A stretch of DNA of 64,000 nt from Chthoniobacterales bacterium (GCA_036569045.1 DATCRI010000087.1:381-64380), one strand, 5' to 3'; positions 1 through 10,013 are shown, counted from the first letter of the stretch. The notes: generated by a model from the letters alone, not told the origin. Translations and numbers: made by a program.

Positions 1-471
1 CGCCAGGGCGTCGCCGAGCAGCGCCAGCTTCTCGCCTTTCTCCGCGCGCAGGGCGTCACCGAATTTGGCCTGCTGGGCACGAGCTACGGCGGCTGGACGG
101 CCTCGCTGCTCAGTTTTGTCGAGGCGGACTTCCGCTTCCTCACGCTCATCCAGCCGATCATCGATCTGGAGCACGCCATCTGGGAGAACCCTGCCGCGGC
201 TTCGATTCGCCGCATTCTCCGCCAGCGCGGCATCACCGCCGGCCAGACGCATCGCCACGCGCACCTCACCTCGCCGCTGCATGGCGAACCCCTCACGCCC
301 GGCGATCGCATCACTCTCGTCGGCGGCCGCTACGACACGGTCGCGCCGCCCGCCGGCCTGCGCGCCCTCGCCGACGTCTGGCACGGCGCCACCTACGTCG
401 AGGTCGTGCAGGGGCACTTCGGCTACGCCGCGCTCGAGGAAGCCAAGCGCCGCATCGCCCCACGGCTTTAA
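1..471 (+). CDS. alpha/beta-hydrolase fold protein, C-terminal fragment (start lies upstream of window)
   Basis: Frame +1 is open from base 1 to TAA at 469-471. My translation reads ...EFGLLGTSYGGWTASLLSF...VVQGHFGYAALEEAKRRIAPRL, with a G-x-S-x-G nucleophile elbow (GTSYG). It is missing from the ORF track only because no start codon lies inside the window. Confidence 0.6.
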   Translation, partial: RQGVAEQRQLLAFLRAQGVTEFGLLGTSYGGWTASLLSFVEADFRFLTLIQPIIDLEHAIWENPAAASIRRILRQRGITAGQTHRHAHLTSPLHGEPLTPGDRITLVGGRYDTVAPPAGLRALADVWHGATYVEVVQGHFGYAALEEAKRRIAPRL

Positions 472-665
472 GGCCTTTCGAGAAATCCATCACCTCCAGA
501 TCCTCAAGGCCGCGAAGATCGCCCTCATGCCAAGATCGGCTCTCTCTCCGATACTCGGGCCGCGGTCCTGGCAGGTGTCGCCCCCTTCAAACGCGACAGC
601 GGTCAGTTCCGGGCTTGGCAATGCCGAATTTTTGGGTCATTTGCTGGCAGCCCCCCTTCCTGCCC

Positions 666-3600
666 ATGCGCCGCACATTTCTTGCGCCCGTGATTTCCCT
701 GCTCTCCGCTCTGGTTCCTTCGGAGAGTGACGCGGAGCTGGTAAACCGCTGGTCTTTCAACAACCCGGCCGGCAGCGTGGCGAATGGCACGGTGTTCACG
801 GACTCCGCGAGTGGCGCGACCGCGACGTTGCGCGGGAATGGCGCGACTCTCAATGGCGCCGCGCTCGCGCTCCCCGGCACGACCACTGGGAATGCCTCGG
901 CGGCGAACATCTCCGCCTACGTCGATTTGCCGAACGGCATCCTCTCCTCGAAGACAAACGTGACGATCGAGATCTGGGCCACGCCGATTTCCTCGAAGAA
1001 CTGGCAGCGCCTCGTGGATTTCGGCCGCACGACACAGGCGGGCGACGGACTCGGCGCGCCAGGCGAGTGGACGGGCGCCACCGCGCCGGGCACGACGAGC
1101 GCATCGGACAACTTCATGCTCTCCATTCAGCGAGGCACGAATCTCAGCCAGCAGCGTTTCGAGGCGATGCTCGACGGCTCGGCGACGAGACTCGACACCG
1201 CCATCGCCACGACCGCGGGCACGCAGCGCCACTACGTGATCACCTGCCAGAGCGGCGTCGGCGTGTTTCCCGCCGGCGGCCGCATCACCTGGTATGCCGA
1301 CGGCGCCTCCGCCGGCTCGATCGACGTGCCTTACGCCCTGAGCCAGATCGAGGACGTGAACAACTGGCTCGGTCGCTCCCAATTCAGCGGGGATAGCACC
1401 TCGAACGCCGCCTACGACGAAGTTCGCATTTACGATCACGCGATGTCGGCAGCCGAAGTGGCCTCCAGCCGCACGGCGGGAGCGAACGCCACGTTCCCGC
1501 CACCCGCGGTGCAGCCCGACGCGATCACCATGCACGCGGGGCAGAAGGCGCTCATTCCCGTGCTCGCGAACGACTCCGGGAGCATCAACCCCGCAAGCGT
1601 CCAGATTGCGCAGCCTCCGCAGCACGGCACGGCCACGCCGGACAGCTCCGGACGCATTCTCTACACCTCCACCGGCGGCACGATCGACACATTCACCTAT
1701 CGCGTTTCCGGCGCGGGCGGCTTTTCCCCTCCGGCGACGGTCACGGTGTCGCTTTCCTCCCAGCTTCGCCTCCCGAGCCCGACACTCAACGTCCCCGGCA
1801 CGCCGCCGGCGACGGCCATCCAGCTCGTCAACGCGCTCCCCGGCCTCACCTTCTCCCAGCCGCTCGCCCTCGCCAGCCCGCCCGGCGACGCGGCGCGGCT
1901 CTTCATCTGCGAGAAAACCGGCATCGTAAAGGTCGTCCCCGACGTCACGCTCGCATCGCCGACGCAGGCCAGCTTTCTGAATCTGCCCACGCTGCTGGGC
2001 AGCCGCGGCGAGACCTTCGTCACCGATGGCGAGCAGGGGCTGCTTGGGCTCGCGTTCCATCCCGCTTACGCGACGAATCGCTTTTTCTACGTCTTCTACT
2101 CGGTGCGAAAGGCGGACAATCTCGTTTACGAGCGCGTGTCACGCTTCACCGCGCAGACGGGCAATCCGAATGCCGCCGACACCGCGTCCGAGTTCGTGCT
2201 CATCGAGCAGCGCGACGAGGCGTCGAATCACAACGGCGGCGGCCTCGCCTTCGGTCCCGATGGCTACCTTTACATCTCGCTCGGCGACGAGGGCGGGCAG
2301 AACGACCAATACAACAACGGCCAGCGCATCGACCGGGATTTCTTCGCGGCCATCGCCCGCATCGACGTGGACAGGAAACCCGGCAGCCTCGATCCGAACG
2401 CCCATGCTGCGGTTCCGCGCGACGGCGGCGTCGCGCGCTACGCCATTCCGCCGGACAATCCGTTCGTTGGCGCCACCAGCTTCAACGGCGCCGCCGTCAC
2501 GCCTGCGAACGTCCGCACTGAGCTCTGGGCGGTCGGCCTGCGCAATCCCTGGCGATTCTCGTTCGACATGCAGACGGGTGAGCTGTGGGTCGCCGACGTC
2601 GGCCAGAACGTTTACGAAGAGATCGACATCGTCACGAAGGGCGGCAACTACGGCTGGGCCTATCGCGAGGGCGCCCACAACGGCCCGAAGACGGCCCCGG
2701 GGGGCTTCACCTCGATCGATCCCATCTACGAATACACCCACGGCTCCGGCGCGCTGCAGGGCAACTCGGTCACCGGCGGCCTCGTCTATCGCGGCACGCG
2801 CATCTCCAGCCTCTTCGGCAAATACATCTTCGGCGACTACGTCTCCGGCAACATCTGGGCGCTGACGAAGAATGGAGCCACCGCGACCGTGGAGCGCATC
2901 ACCGGCGAGGGCGGCATCGTCGCGTTCGGTTCCGACCCTTCGAATGCGGACATCCTCATCGCGGACATCGACGGCAGTCGCATTCTCCGCATCGTCACCG
3001 GCCCGGCCAACGACGGCTACCCCCCGACTCTCGGCGCTACCGGCCTTTTCGCCGATCTCGCCGATCTCTCGCCGAACCCCGGCCTGCTCCCCTACGAGCC
3101 GAATCTCGCATTCTGGAGCGACCATGCGATCAAGCGCCGCTGGTTCGCCATTCCCGACACAGCAACCCGCATGACGTGGTCGAAGGACGGTATGTGGACG
3201 TTCCCGACCGGCTCGATCTGGGTGAAGCATTTCGACCTCGATACGACCCGCGGCAACCCCGCCACGAAAAAGCGCATCGAGACACGCGTGCTCGTAAAGA
3301 CCGCCACGAGCGCCTACGGCGTGAGCTACCGTTGGAACGACGCCGGCACCGATGCCACGCTCGTGCCCGATGAGGGTGTGTCCTTCGACGTGTCGGTCGT
3401 GGAAAACGGATCATCGCGCACGCAGCGGTGGCAGATCCCTAGCCGCACGAGCTGCCTGACCTGTCACACGCCGCAGGCCGGCTCCGCGCTGTCGTTCACC
3501 ACACGCCAGCTCAACCAGCCTTTCACGATGAACGGCTTCATTGGCAACCAGCTCGATCTCCTCGCCCAGGGCGAGTATTTCGCGAATGCCGTCCCCGCGC

Positions 3601-4334
3601 CAAACACACTCCCTCGTCACCTCCGACCTGACGAAACCGCGTATCCCGCCGAGGCCCGCGTGCGTTCCTACCTCGCGGTGAACTGCGCCTATTGCCACAT
3701 GGCCGGCGGCACGGCGCCCACGCAATGGGATGGCCGCCCGCACCTCACCCTCGCGCAGACCGGCCTCATCAATGGCAGCGCGGCAAACAACGGTGGCGAT
3801 CCGGCCAACAAGCTCGTCGTCTCCGGCGACGTGCCGCATTCGATCGTTTACAACCGTGTCGCCGCCGCCAACGGCTTCACCCGCATGCCTCCCCTCGGCT
3901 CGAACGAACTCGACCAGACGAGCATCGCATTGCTTCAGGACTGGATCGCCACGCAACTCCCGAACCGGCAGGACTACACGACCTGGCGCCACCAGAAATT
4001 CGGCTCGCCGAGTTCGCCCGAAGGCGAGCCGCAGCAAAATCCCGACTCCGACGCCATGGCCAACGAGGGCGAATACCTCACCGGCACCGACCCGCTGAAT
4101 GGCGGCAGCGCGTTCACCTATTCCCTCACGCCGGGCAGCAGCGGCGCGACGATCAGCTTCACGTTACCCGCGCTGCGCTCGTTCCAGATCGAAAGCTCGA
4201 CGGACCTGACCGCTTGGACGCCGTGGAATGCGCCCGGCAATGGCGGCCTGCCCGTCCCCGGCGTCCCGATTACGATCACGGGCGGAGTCGAGCATCCCCG
4301 ACAATTCTTCCGCGTGCGCATCTGGGAAAACTGA
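666..4334 (+). CDS. secreted multidomain protein: LamG-like lectin domain + Ig-like domain + glucose/sorbosone-dehydrogenase-type beta-propeller + two CxxCH haem-c motifs
   Basis: Track ORF 615-4334. ATG at 666 gives a signal-like N-terminus, MRRTFLAPVISLLSALVPSESDA. LamG-style region: NNWLGRSQF...YDEVRIYDHAMS. Propeller motifs GLLGLAFHP and NHNGGGLAFGPDGYLYISLGDEG. Haem motifs CLTCH and CAYCH, followed by FTRMPPLG. Confidence 0.75.
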   Translation: MRRTFLAPVISLLSALVPSESDAELVNRWSFNNPAGSVANGTVFTDSASGATATLRGNGATLNGAALALPGTTTGNASAANISAYVDLPNGILSSKTNVTIEIWATPISSKNWQRLVDFGRTTQAGDGLGAPGEWTGATAPGTTSASDNFMLSIQRGTNLSQQRFEAMLDGSATRLDTAIATTAGTQRHYVITCQSGVGVFPAGGRITWYADGASAGSIDVPYALSQIEDVNNWLGRSQFSGDSTSNAAYDEVRIYDHAMSAAEVASSRTAGANATFPPPAVQPDAITMHAGQKALIPVLANDSGSINPASVQIAQPPQHGTATPDSSGRILYTSTGGTIDTFTYRVSGAGGFSPPATVTVSLSSQLRLPSPTLNVPGTPPATAIQLVNALPGLTFSQPLALASPPGDAARLFICEKTGIVKVVPDVTLASPTQASFLNLPTLLGSRGETFVTDGEQGLLGLAFHPAYATNRFFYVFYSVRKADNLVYERVSRFTAQTGNPNAADTASEFVLIEQRDEASNHNGGGLAFGPDGYLYISLGDEGGQNDQYNNGQRIDRDFFAAIARIDVDRKPGSLDPNAHAAVPRDGGVARYAIPPDNPFVGATSFNGAAVTPANVRTELWAVGLRNPWRFSFDMQTGELWVADVGQNVYEEIDIVTKGGNYGWAYREGAHNGPKTAPGGFTSIDPIYEYTHGSGALQGNSVTGGLVYRGTRISSLFGKYIFGDYVSGNIWALTKNGATATVERITGEGGIVAFGSDPSNADILIADIDGSRILRIVTGPANDGYPPTLGATGLFADLADLSPNPGLLPYEPNLAFWSDHAIKRRWFAIPDTATRMTWSKDGMWTFPTGSIWVKHFDLDTTRGNPATKKRIETRVLVKTATSAYGVSYRWNDAGTDATLVPDEGVSFDVSVVENGSSRTQRWQIPSRTSCLTCHTPQAGSALSFTTRQLNQPFTMNGFIGNQLDLLAQGEYFANAVPAPNTLPRHLRPDETAYPAEARVRSYLAVNCAYCHMAGGTAPTQWDGRPHLTLAQTGLINGSAANNGGDPANKLVVSGDVPHSIVYNRVAAANGFTRMPPLGSNELDQTSIALLQDWIATQLPNRQDYTTWRHQKFGSPSSPEGEPQQNPDSDAMANEGEYLTGTDPLNGGSAFTYSLTPGSSGATISFTLPALRSFQIESSTDLTAWTPWNAPGNGGLPVPGVPITITGGVEHPRQFFRVRIWEN

Positions 4335-4396
4335 GGCGCCTGATCTGGCCCAACATCCCCTTGCGGTCAGCTTCGCGACGCCGTGGTTGAACCTCC

Positions 4397-5479
4397 TCAG
4401 CGCCCCTGGATCGTGAACGAGTAGTCGACCTCGAGTTTACCGCCCTCGAGCAACTCCGACACGTCCCTCGGGATCGGCGGAATCTCCGCCTCCATGATCG
4501 CGCGCACGCTGCAGCTCGCCAGGCTCTCGTTCGACGAGTTCCGCAACACCTGCACGCGCTCGACCGTTCCGTCGGCTCCCACCACGAAGCGCAGCTCGAC
4601 CGTGCCGATCCCGACGAGATCGAGCATGTCGTTCACGTAGTAATACCAGCGCGAGCCGATCGCGTCGGAGAGCATCTTCTTGTAGCGCCCCAGCGGCGTG
4701 GCCACCGCATCGACCGACGAGCGCCCGCGGTTGGAAATCCCGCCGGTGAGCCGGGTCACGCGGCGCTGGGGCTGGAAGCCGGGAGGTTGCGGCTTCGATG
4801 GCTGCGCCGGCTTCTCGGGCTGTCTGACCTCGGGCTTTGCTTCCGGCGGCTTCGGCGTTGGCGCTTCGGGTTTCAGCAATGCGAGGGCGTCATCCTCGGG
4901 ATTCGGCGTCGGCTTCGGCCTGGGGGTGGCCTTGGGCGTCGGGGTCGGCGTGGCTTCCTTCGGCGGTTCTTTCTCGGTCTTTTTCTCCTCGCGCGACTTT
5001 TCCGCGGGCTTCGCCTGGGCAGGCCTCGATGGCGAGGCCGGACTCGGCGCCACCGGCTGGCGATTCGGCCCGAGACTGAGATCCTGGCTCTGCAGCGTGA
5101 GCCCCGGCCCCTCCTCGCCGTTCAGCGTCGGCACGGGCGCGTTCGACTGCGCCGGCAATTCGCTCGCGGCGACGGTGTTTTGATCCGACTCGAAGGCGGC
5201 CTTGTCGGGCGCCTGTTCGCTCACCGTTGCCTGCGAGCTATCGACGAAATCGCGCTGGTTATTCTTCGATGGCGGGGTCGGCGATGGCGCGGGGATCAGG
5301 GTGAACTCGGCCGGCTGCGGCTGCGGCGGCGGCGACACTTTCGGCAGCCATTCCGGCTTCAGCGAGAGCAGCACGAACGCCACGAGGACGATCAGCAGAT
5401 GAATGAGCAACGACAGCAGCAGCGCAACAAGGGTGCGCTTGCGCTGTTTCTGGCGCTCGGTCCGGACCGTCTCGATCAT
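4397..5479 (-). CDS. TonB-family energy transducer
   Basis: One N-terminal TM helix (LVALLLSLLIHLLIVLVAFVLL). Long Pro/Lys/Glu-rich spacer. C-terminal TonB-like fold (GTVELRFVVGADGTVERVQVLRNS). Its start abuts the stop of the upstream glycosylase gene (5479/5480). No exbBD adjacent. Confidence 0.75.
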   Translation of the reverse strand: MIETVRTERQKQRKRTLVALLLSLLIHLLIVLVAFVLLSLKPEWLPKVSPPPQPQPAEFTLIPAPSPTPPSKNNQRDFVDSSQATVSEQAPDKAAFESDQNTVAASELPAQSNAPVPTLNGEEGPGLTLQSQDLSLGPNRQPVAPSPASPSRPAQAKPAEKSREEKKTEKEPPKEATPTPTPKATPRPKPTPNPEDDALALLKPEAPTPKPPEAKPEVRQPEKPAQPSKPQPPGFQPQRRVTRLTGGISNRGRSSVDAVATPLGRYKKMLSDAIGSRWYYYVNDMLDLVGIGTVELRFVVGADGTVERVQVLRNSSNESLASCSVRAIMEAEIPPIPRDVSELLEGGKLEVDYSFTIQGR

Positions 5480-6310
5480 TCAGGAAGTCGGCAGCGTCTT
5501 CGAAACCCGCGCGTGGTGGAAGAGATATTGCTGCACGTAGCCGGCGTAGCGTCCGAACCGCTCTCGCGAAAACGCCTCGAGCTCGGCGAGCGACGCATCC
5601 CCGCCCCGCGGCGCCATGGCGCGCGTCACCCGGGCAATCCACACGTCCACCGGCACGGACTCGAGCCGTTCATACGCAAAGAGCAGCGCGCAGTTCGCGA
5701 TCTTTCGCCCCACCCCCGGCAGCGCACAGAGCTCCGTCAGCAATTCCGCCGTCGGCAATCCGGCCAGCACCTCGAGATCGACCTCGCCATCGGCAATCCG
5801 CCGTGCGGTGGCCCGCAGATTCGGCGCGCGAAAGCCGAGGCCACAGCCGCGCAGCTCCGCCTCGCTCGCGGCGGCCAGGGCGGCCGGGGCCGGATAGGCA
5901 TTCACCGCGGAGCCCGCCACCGGTTCGCCAAACCGAGCCCGCAGCGCAAGCGACATTCCGCGAATGTGGCTCACCTGCTTCATCGCGCTCGTCAGGAAGG
6001 TCGCGAGGCATTCCCACCGCGGCTGGCGCATCACGCGCAGCCCCCGGCACGAGGCCAGCGCCGCGCGCGAGAAGGCGTCCTCCGGAAACGTCGCCCGGAT
6101 CTCGGGCAACGGATGATCCAGCGCGAAATAACGCGCCACGAGAGCCTCGCAGCCGTCCGTCACCTCGAGCATGTCGCCACGCTGCGCGACGCGCACCGCC
6201 GTCGCCCCGATCACGCCGCACCACGCGTCGTCCTCACGCTGCCAATGAAAGACCTGCCCGCTTTCCAGCGTCATCCGGAGATCGAACTCCGGCGCCGCGA
6301 TCACGCTCAT
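5480..6310 (-). CDS. ogg: 8-oxoguanine DNA glycosylase / HhH-GPD family N-glycosylase-lyase
   Basis: N-terminal OGG-like motif DLRMTLESGQVFHW. HhH-GPD region LPGVGRKIANCALLFAY with Lys, plus downstream VPVDVWI Asp. Its start overlaps the rex stop (6307-6310). Confidence 0.8.
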   Translation of the reverse strand: MSVIAAPEFDLRMTLESGQVFHWQREDDAWCGVIGATAVRVAQRGDMLEVTDGCEALVARYFALDHPLPEIRATFPEDAFSRAALASCRGLRVMRQPRWECLATFLTSAMKQVSHIRGMSLALRARFGEPVAGSAVNAYPAPAALAAASEAELRGCGLGFRAPNLRATARRIADGEVDLEVLAGLPTAELLTELCALPGVGRKIANCALLFAYERLESVPVDVWIARVTRAMAPRGGDASLAELEAFSRERFGRYAGYVQQYLFHHARVSKTLPTS

Positions 6311-6924
6311 CGAATAAAGTAACTCAGGTTCTCGAGTTCGATTGCGAGGTTCACGTTGTTGACCATCACGTTCTTCGGCACATCGAGCACGACCGGCGCA
6401 AAATTCAGGATCGCCTGGATGCCCGACCGCACGAGCCTGTTGCAGATTTCCTGGGCCGCAATGCCCGGCACGCAGAGGATTGCCATCTTCACCCCGTGCT
6501 CGGAAACGAATTTCCCCATGCCGGTGAGCGGAAACACCCGCGTCTTCACCTCCTTCGTGCGCTTCGATGGCGTCGCGTCGAACGCGGCCGCGATCTCGAA
6601 GCCCTCCCGGGCAAACCCTTCCTCGTAACGCAATAGCGCCGACCCGAGATTACCCGCACCCACAAGAACAACCGGCTGCAGGCTGGTGCGTCCGAGCACG
6701 TCGGACAGCCGCTGGTGCAGCGTCCGCACGTCGTAGCCGAGCCCGCGTTTTCCAAACTGGCCGCAGTAGCCCAGGTCCTTGCGGAGCTGCGTCGGCTTCA
6801 CCCCGACCACTTTCGCCAGCGCCTCGGAGGACACCGTGAGGCTTTCCCCGTTCGTCAGCCGCTCGAGGCATCGCTTGTAGAGCGACAGCCGATAGACCGT
6901 CTTCCGCGGGATGGGCTCCTTCAT
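6307..6924 (-). CDS. rex: redox-sensing transcriptional repressor Rex
   Basis: N-terminus IPRKTVYRLSLYKRCLERL...ISSEALAKVVGVKPTQLRKDLGYCGQFGKRGLGYDV is the Rex winged-helix signature. It is followed by the Rossmann segment VVLVGAGNLGSALL. Confidence 0.9.
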   Translation of the reverse strand: MKEPIPRKTVYRLSLYKRCLERLTNGESLTVSSEALAKVVGVKPTQLRKDLGYCGQFGKRGLGYDVRTLHQRLSDVLGRTSLQPVVLVGAGNLGSALLRYEEGFAREGFEIAAAFDATPSKRTKEVKTRVFPLTGMGKFVSEHGVKMAILCVPGIAAQEICNRLVRSGIQAILNFAPVVLDVPKNVMVNNVNLAIELENLSYFIR

Positions 6925-6979
6925 GATTTCGTGAAAAGGAGCAATGTTTTTCCCGAATTGTCAAACGACTCGCCGGCAC

Positions 6980-8338
6980 TCAGAGAATCGCCGGATCGCC
7001 GTAGAGCGTGGAGCTCGACGCCCGCGTGATGCGCAGGTCGAACACCTCGCCGACGTGCCGCGCATCGCCCTCGAACACGACAATCTTGTTCGTGCGCGTG
7101 CGGCCGAAAAGACGGTCCGCATTGTGCCGGCTCGCGCCCTCGCAAAGAATCTGCTGATGCGTGCCGACGCAGGCTTCGAGCTTGCGCGCGACATTCGCGT
7201 TCACGACATCGAGGAGTTCCTGATTGCGCGCCTCCTTCACGGCCTCGGGCAGCTGTCCGTCCATCGTCGCGGCCGGAGTGTCGCGACGCGGCGAGTAGCG
7301 GAAGACAAACGCGTTGTCGAAATCGGCCTCCGTCACCATCGCCTTCGAAGCCGCAAAGTCCTCGTCCGCCTCGCCGGGGAAGCCGACGATGATGTCCGTC
7401 GTGATCGCGATGCCCGGTCGTGCGGCGCGCATCTTTTCGACGATTCGCAAGAATTGTTCGCGCGTGTAGGCGCGGTGCATCCTCTTGAGCAGGGCGTTCG
7501 AGCCGGATTGCAGCGGCAAATGCACGTGCTCCATGAGGTTCGGCAGGCGCGTGAAAGCCTGGATCAAGTCGTCGCGATAGCCGATCGGGTGCGGAGAGGT
7601 AAATCGAAGGCGTTCGAGGCCGGGAACGTCGTGCACGGCCTCGAGCAGCTGCACGAACGGACTGATGCCGCCGACCTTCTCGAATTCGTGCCGGCCGTAG
7701 AGATTCACGATCTGCCCGAGCAGGGTGACCTCCTTCACGCCGCGATCAACGAGCCCGCGGACTTCGTCGACGATCTCCGCGATCGGCCGGGAGCGCTCGC
7801 TGCCGCGCGTCGACGGCACGATGCAGAACGTGCAGCGCATGTTGCAGCCCTGCATGATCGAGACGAACGCCGTGGCCTGGCCGTCCTTCAGCGTGTGCTC
7901 GCGAATCGTGTTCTGCGAACCGGGTTCCTCGTCGGTATCGACGATGGCGAGCCGCTCGTCGTCGATGCGCGCCTCGAGTTTCGCGCGCAGCAGGTCGTCG
8001 ACGTAATCCGCGACGCGATGAAATTTTTGCGTGCCGACGACGAGATCGACCGGCACCGAACCAGCCGTAAGTTCCGCGCCGCGGCTCTGCGCCATGCAGC
8101 CAAGATAGCCGAAGACGAGGTGCGGCCGGCGCTCGCGCAGCTTGCGCATCATGCCCATTTTCCCGATCGCCTTCTGCTCCGCCATGTCGCGCACGCTGCA
8201 CGTGTTCAGCAAAATCACGTCCGCATCGGTCTCGTCGCGGGTGAGGCGATACCCGCGCGCAGCCAGCATTTGCGCGACCTGGTCGGAGTCGCGCTCGTTC
8301 ATCTGGCAGCCATAGGTCTTGATGTAAACAGCGGGCAT
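6980..8338 (-). CDS. miaB: tRNA-2-methylthio-N6-dimethylallyladenosine synthase
   Basis: MPAVYIKTYGCQMNERDSD N-terminal MTTase domain. Radical-SAM cluster motif MQGCNMRCTFCIVP. C-terminal TRAM region. Confidence 0.93.
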   Translation of the reverse strand: MPAVYIKTYGCQMNERDSDQVAQMLAARGYRLTRDETDADVILLNTCSVRDMAEQKAIGKMGMMRKLRERRPHLVFGYLGCMAQSRGAELTAGSVPVDLVVGTQKFHRVADYVDDLLRAKLEARIDDERLAIVDTDEEPGSQNTIREHTLKDGQATAFVSIMQGCNMRCTFCIVPSTRGSERSRPIAEIVDEVRGLVDRGVKEVTLLGQIVNLYGRHEFEKVGGISPFVQLLEAVHDVPGLERLRFTSPHPIGYRDDLIQAFTRLPNLMEHVHLPLQSGSNALLKRMHRAYTREQFLRIVEKMRAARPGIAITTDIIVGFPGEADEDFAASKAMVTEADFDNAFVFRYSPRRDTPAATMDGQLPEAVKEARNQELLDVVNANVARKLEACVGTHQQILCEGASRHNADRLFGRTRTNKIVVFEGDARHVGEVFDLRITRASSSTLYGDPAIL

Positions 8339-8453
8339 GCGGAGCGTAGGGAAGCGAGGACCCTACACCGCCCGGCGCGCGAACTCCAGCGGTCATCCAT
8401 GTCGGAAAAAACCGCTTGTTTTCGACCTCCGCGCGGCAAAAGACTTCCCCCCA

Positions 8454-9497
8454 ATGGCCACCTCCACACCAGCCGAACTCGGCTACGCCATGCCCGCGGA
8501 ATGGGAACCGCACGAAGCCACCTGGCTGTCGTGGCCCCATCGCGAAGGCATCAGTTTTCCAGACGCCTACAACCGCGTCATCCCGACCTTCGTCAAGATG
8601 GCGTGCGCCCTCGCCGAGTCGGAAACCGTTCGCATCAACGTCAGGGACGCCGCGCAGGAAGCCGACGTGAAGCGCCTGCTGGCCGCCGCGCCGCCCGAGC
8701 GCATCGAGTTCCATCACATCGCCACCAACGAGCCCTGGTGCCGCGACCACGGCCCGATCTTCGTGAAGCGCCGGAAGGAGCCGCGCGTGGCTGCGATCAA
8801 CTTCGGCTACAACGCCTGGGGCTGGAAACACATGCCCTTCGATGACGACGACGAGGTGCCGGTCCGCATCGGCGAGAAGCTCGGTCTCGAGATCTTCGAC
8901 GCAAGCGACTTCATTCTCGAAGGCGGTTCCATCGACGTGAACGGCGAAGGCGTCCTCCTTACCACGGAGAGCTGCCTGCTCAATCCGAACCGCAACCCCG
9001 ACCTCACACAGGACGAGATCGAGAAGCGCCTCGAGGATTACCTCGGCGTCAAAAAAATCATCTGGCTCGGCGACGGGATCGAGGGTGACGACACCGACGG
9101 CCACATCGACGACATCACGCGCTTCGTCGGCCCCAACAATGTCGTGACCGTCGTGGAAGACGACGAGAACGATCCCAATCACGACGCCCTCCACGCGAAC
9201 CTCGAGCGGTTGAAGGCCATCGAGCTCAAGAAGGACGAGCCGCTGGAAATTCGCGAGCTTCCCATGCCGTCGAAGATCGTGCGCGACGGCCAGCGCCTGC
9301 CCGCCAGCTACGCGAATTTCTACATCGCGAACGAGGTCGTCCTCCTTCCGGTCTTTGGCGAGACGAAGGACGCCTGGGCCGAAGCCGTGTTCAAGGAAAT
9401 CTTCCCGAAGCGCAAAATCGTTCCCATCGACTGCCGTGAGCTCATCTGGGGGCTGGGCGCCTTCCATTGCCTCACCCAGCAGCAGCCCAAGGCCTGA
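8454..9497 (+). CDS. aguA: agmatine deiminase
   Basis: Track ORF 8337-9497. ATG at 8454 gives MATSTPAELGYAMPAEWEPHEATWLSWPH, the typical N-terminus. The C-terminal catalytic Cys motif GLGAFHCLTQQQP is present. Confidence 0.9.
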   Translation: MATSTPAELGYAMPAEWEPHEATWLSWPHREGISFPDAYNRVIPTFVKMACALAESETVRINVRDAAQEADVKRLLAAAPPERIEFHHIATNEPWCRDHGPIFVKRRKEPRVAAINFGYNAWGWKHMPFDDDDEVPVRIGEKLGLEIFDASDFILEGGSIDVNGEGVLLTTESCLLNPNRNPDLTQDEIEKRLEDYLGVKKIIWLGDGIEGDDTDGHIDDITRFVGPNNVVTVVEDDENDPNHDALHANLERLKAIELKKDEPLEIRELPMPSKIVRDGQRLPASYANFYIANEVVLLPVFGETKDAWAEAVFKEIFPKRKIVPIDCRELIWGLGAFHCLTQQQPKA

Positions 9498-9506
9498 GGC
9501 GCCCCC

Positions 9507-10013
9507 ATGGCGGACTTTCTCAACGAGCTCGGCAATCCGGCCTACCGCCACCTCCTGCTCAATCACCTGCCCATCCTCGGCCTCGCCGCCGGGGCGCTCG
9601 CGCTCTTCTTCGCATTCTTCCTGCGCAGTCGAGCCGCGCAGGTTCCCGCGCTGCTCCTCGTCCTCGTCATGTCCGCCTCCGCCCTTCCGGTCTACGAAAG
9701 TGGTGAGCAGGCCTACAAATCGATCCGTCGCATCGCGGACGACACCGGAGTGGACTGGCTCGACGCCCACATGGACCGCGCCGACGAGGGCATCCGCGCC
9801 TTCTACGCACTCGCCGGCCTCACCCTCGTTGCACTCGTTCTTCCCGTGAAGTGGCCCCGCGCTGGCACGCCGCTCGCCGTGATTGTCCTCATCGCCACCG
9901 TCGGCTGCGTCGGAATCGGCGGCTGGATCGCCCAGGCCGGCGGCCCGATCATGCACACGGAACTTCGCCCCGCACCGCCCGCGAACGAGGATTCCCTGCC
10001 CGCCGAACCGTAG
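9507..10013 (+). CDS. hypothetical integral membrane protein
   Basis: 168-aa ORF with about 4 hydrophobic helices (ILGLAAGALALFFAFFL, ALLLVLVMSASAL, LAGLTLVALVL, LAVIVLIATVGCVGIGGWI). No family recognised. Confidence 0.55.
   Translation: MADFLNELGNPAYRHLLLNHLPILGLAAGALALFFAFFLRSRAAQVPALLLVLVMSASALPVYESGEQAYKSIRRIADDTGVDWLDAHMDRADEGIRAFYALAGLTLVALVLPVKWPRAGTPLAVIVLIATVGCVGIGGWIAQAGGPIMHTELRPAPPANEDSLPAEP

Noticed and set aside
6925-6979. Possible Rex operator upstream of rex (TTGCTCC-TTTT-CACGAA region).
   Set aside because: Only one half-site (TTCACGAA) resembles the TTGTGAA-N4-TTCACAA consensus, and the other half is poor. This is too weak to call a regulatory feature.
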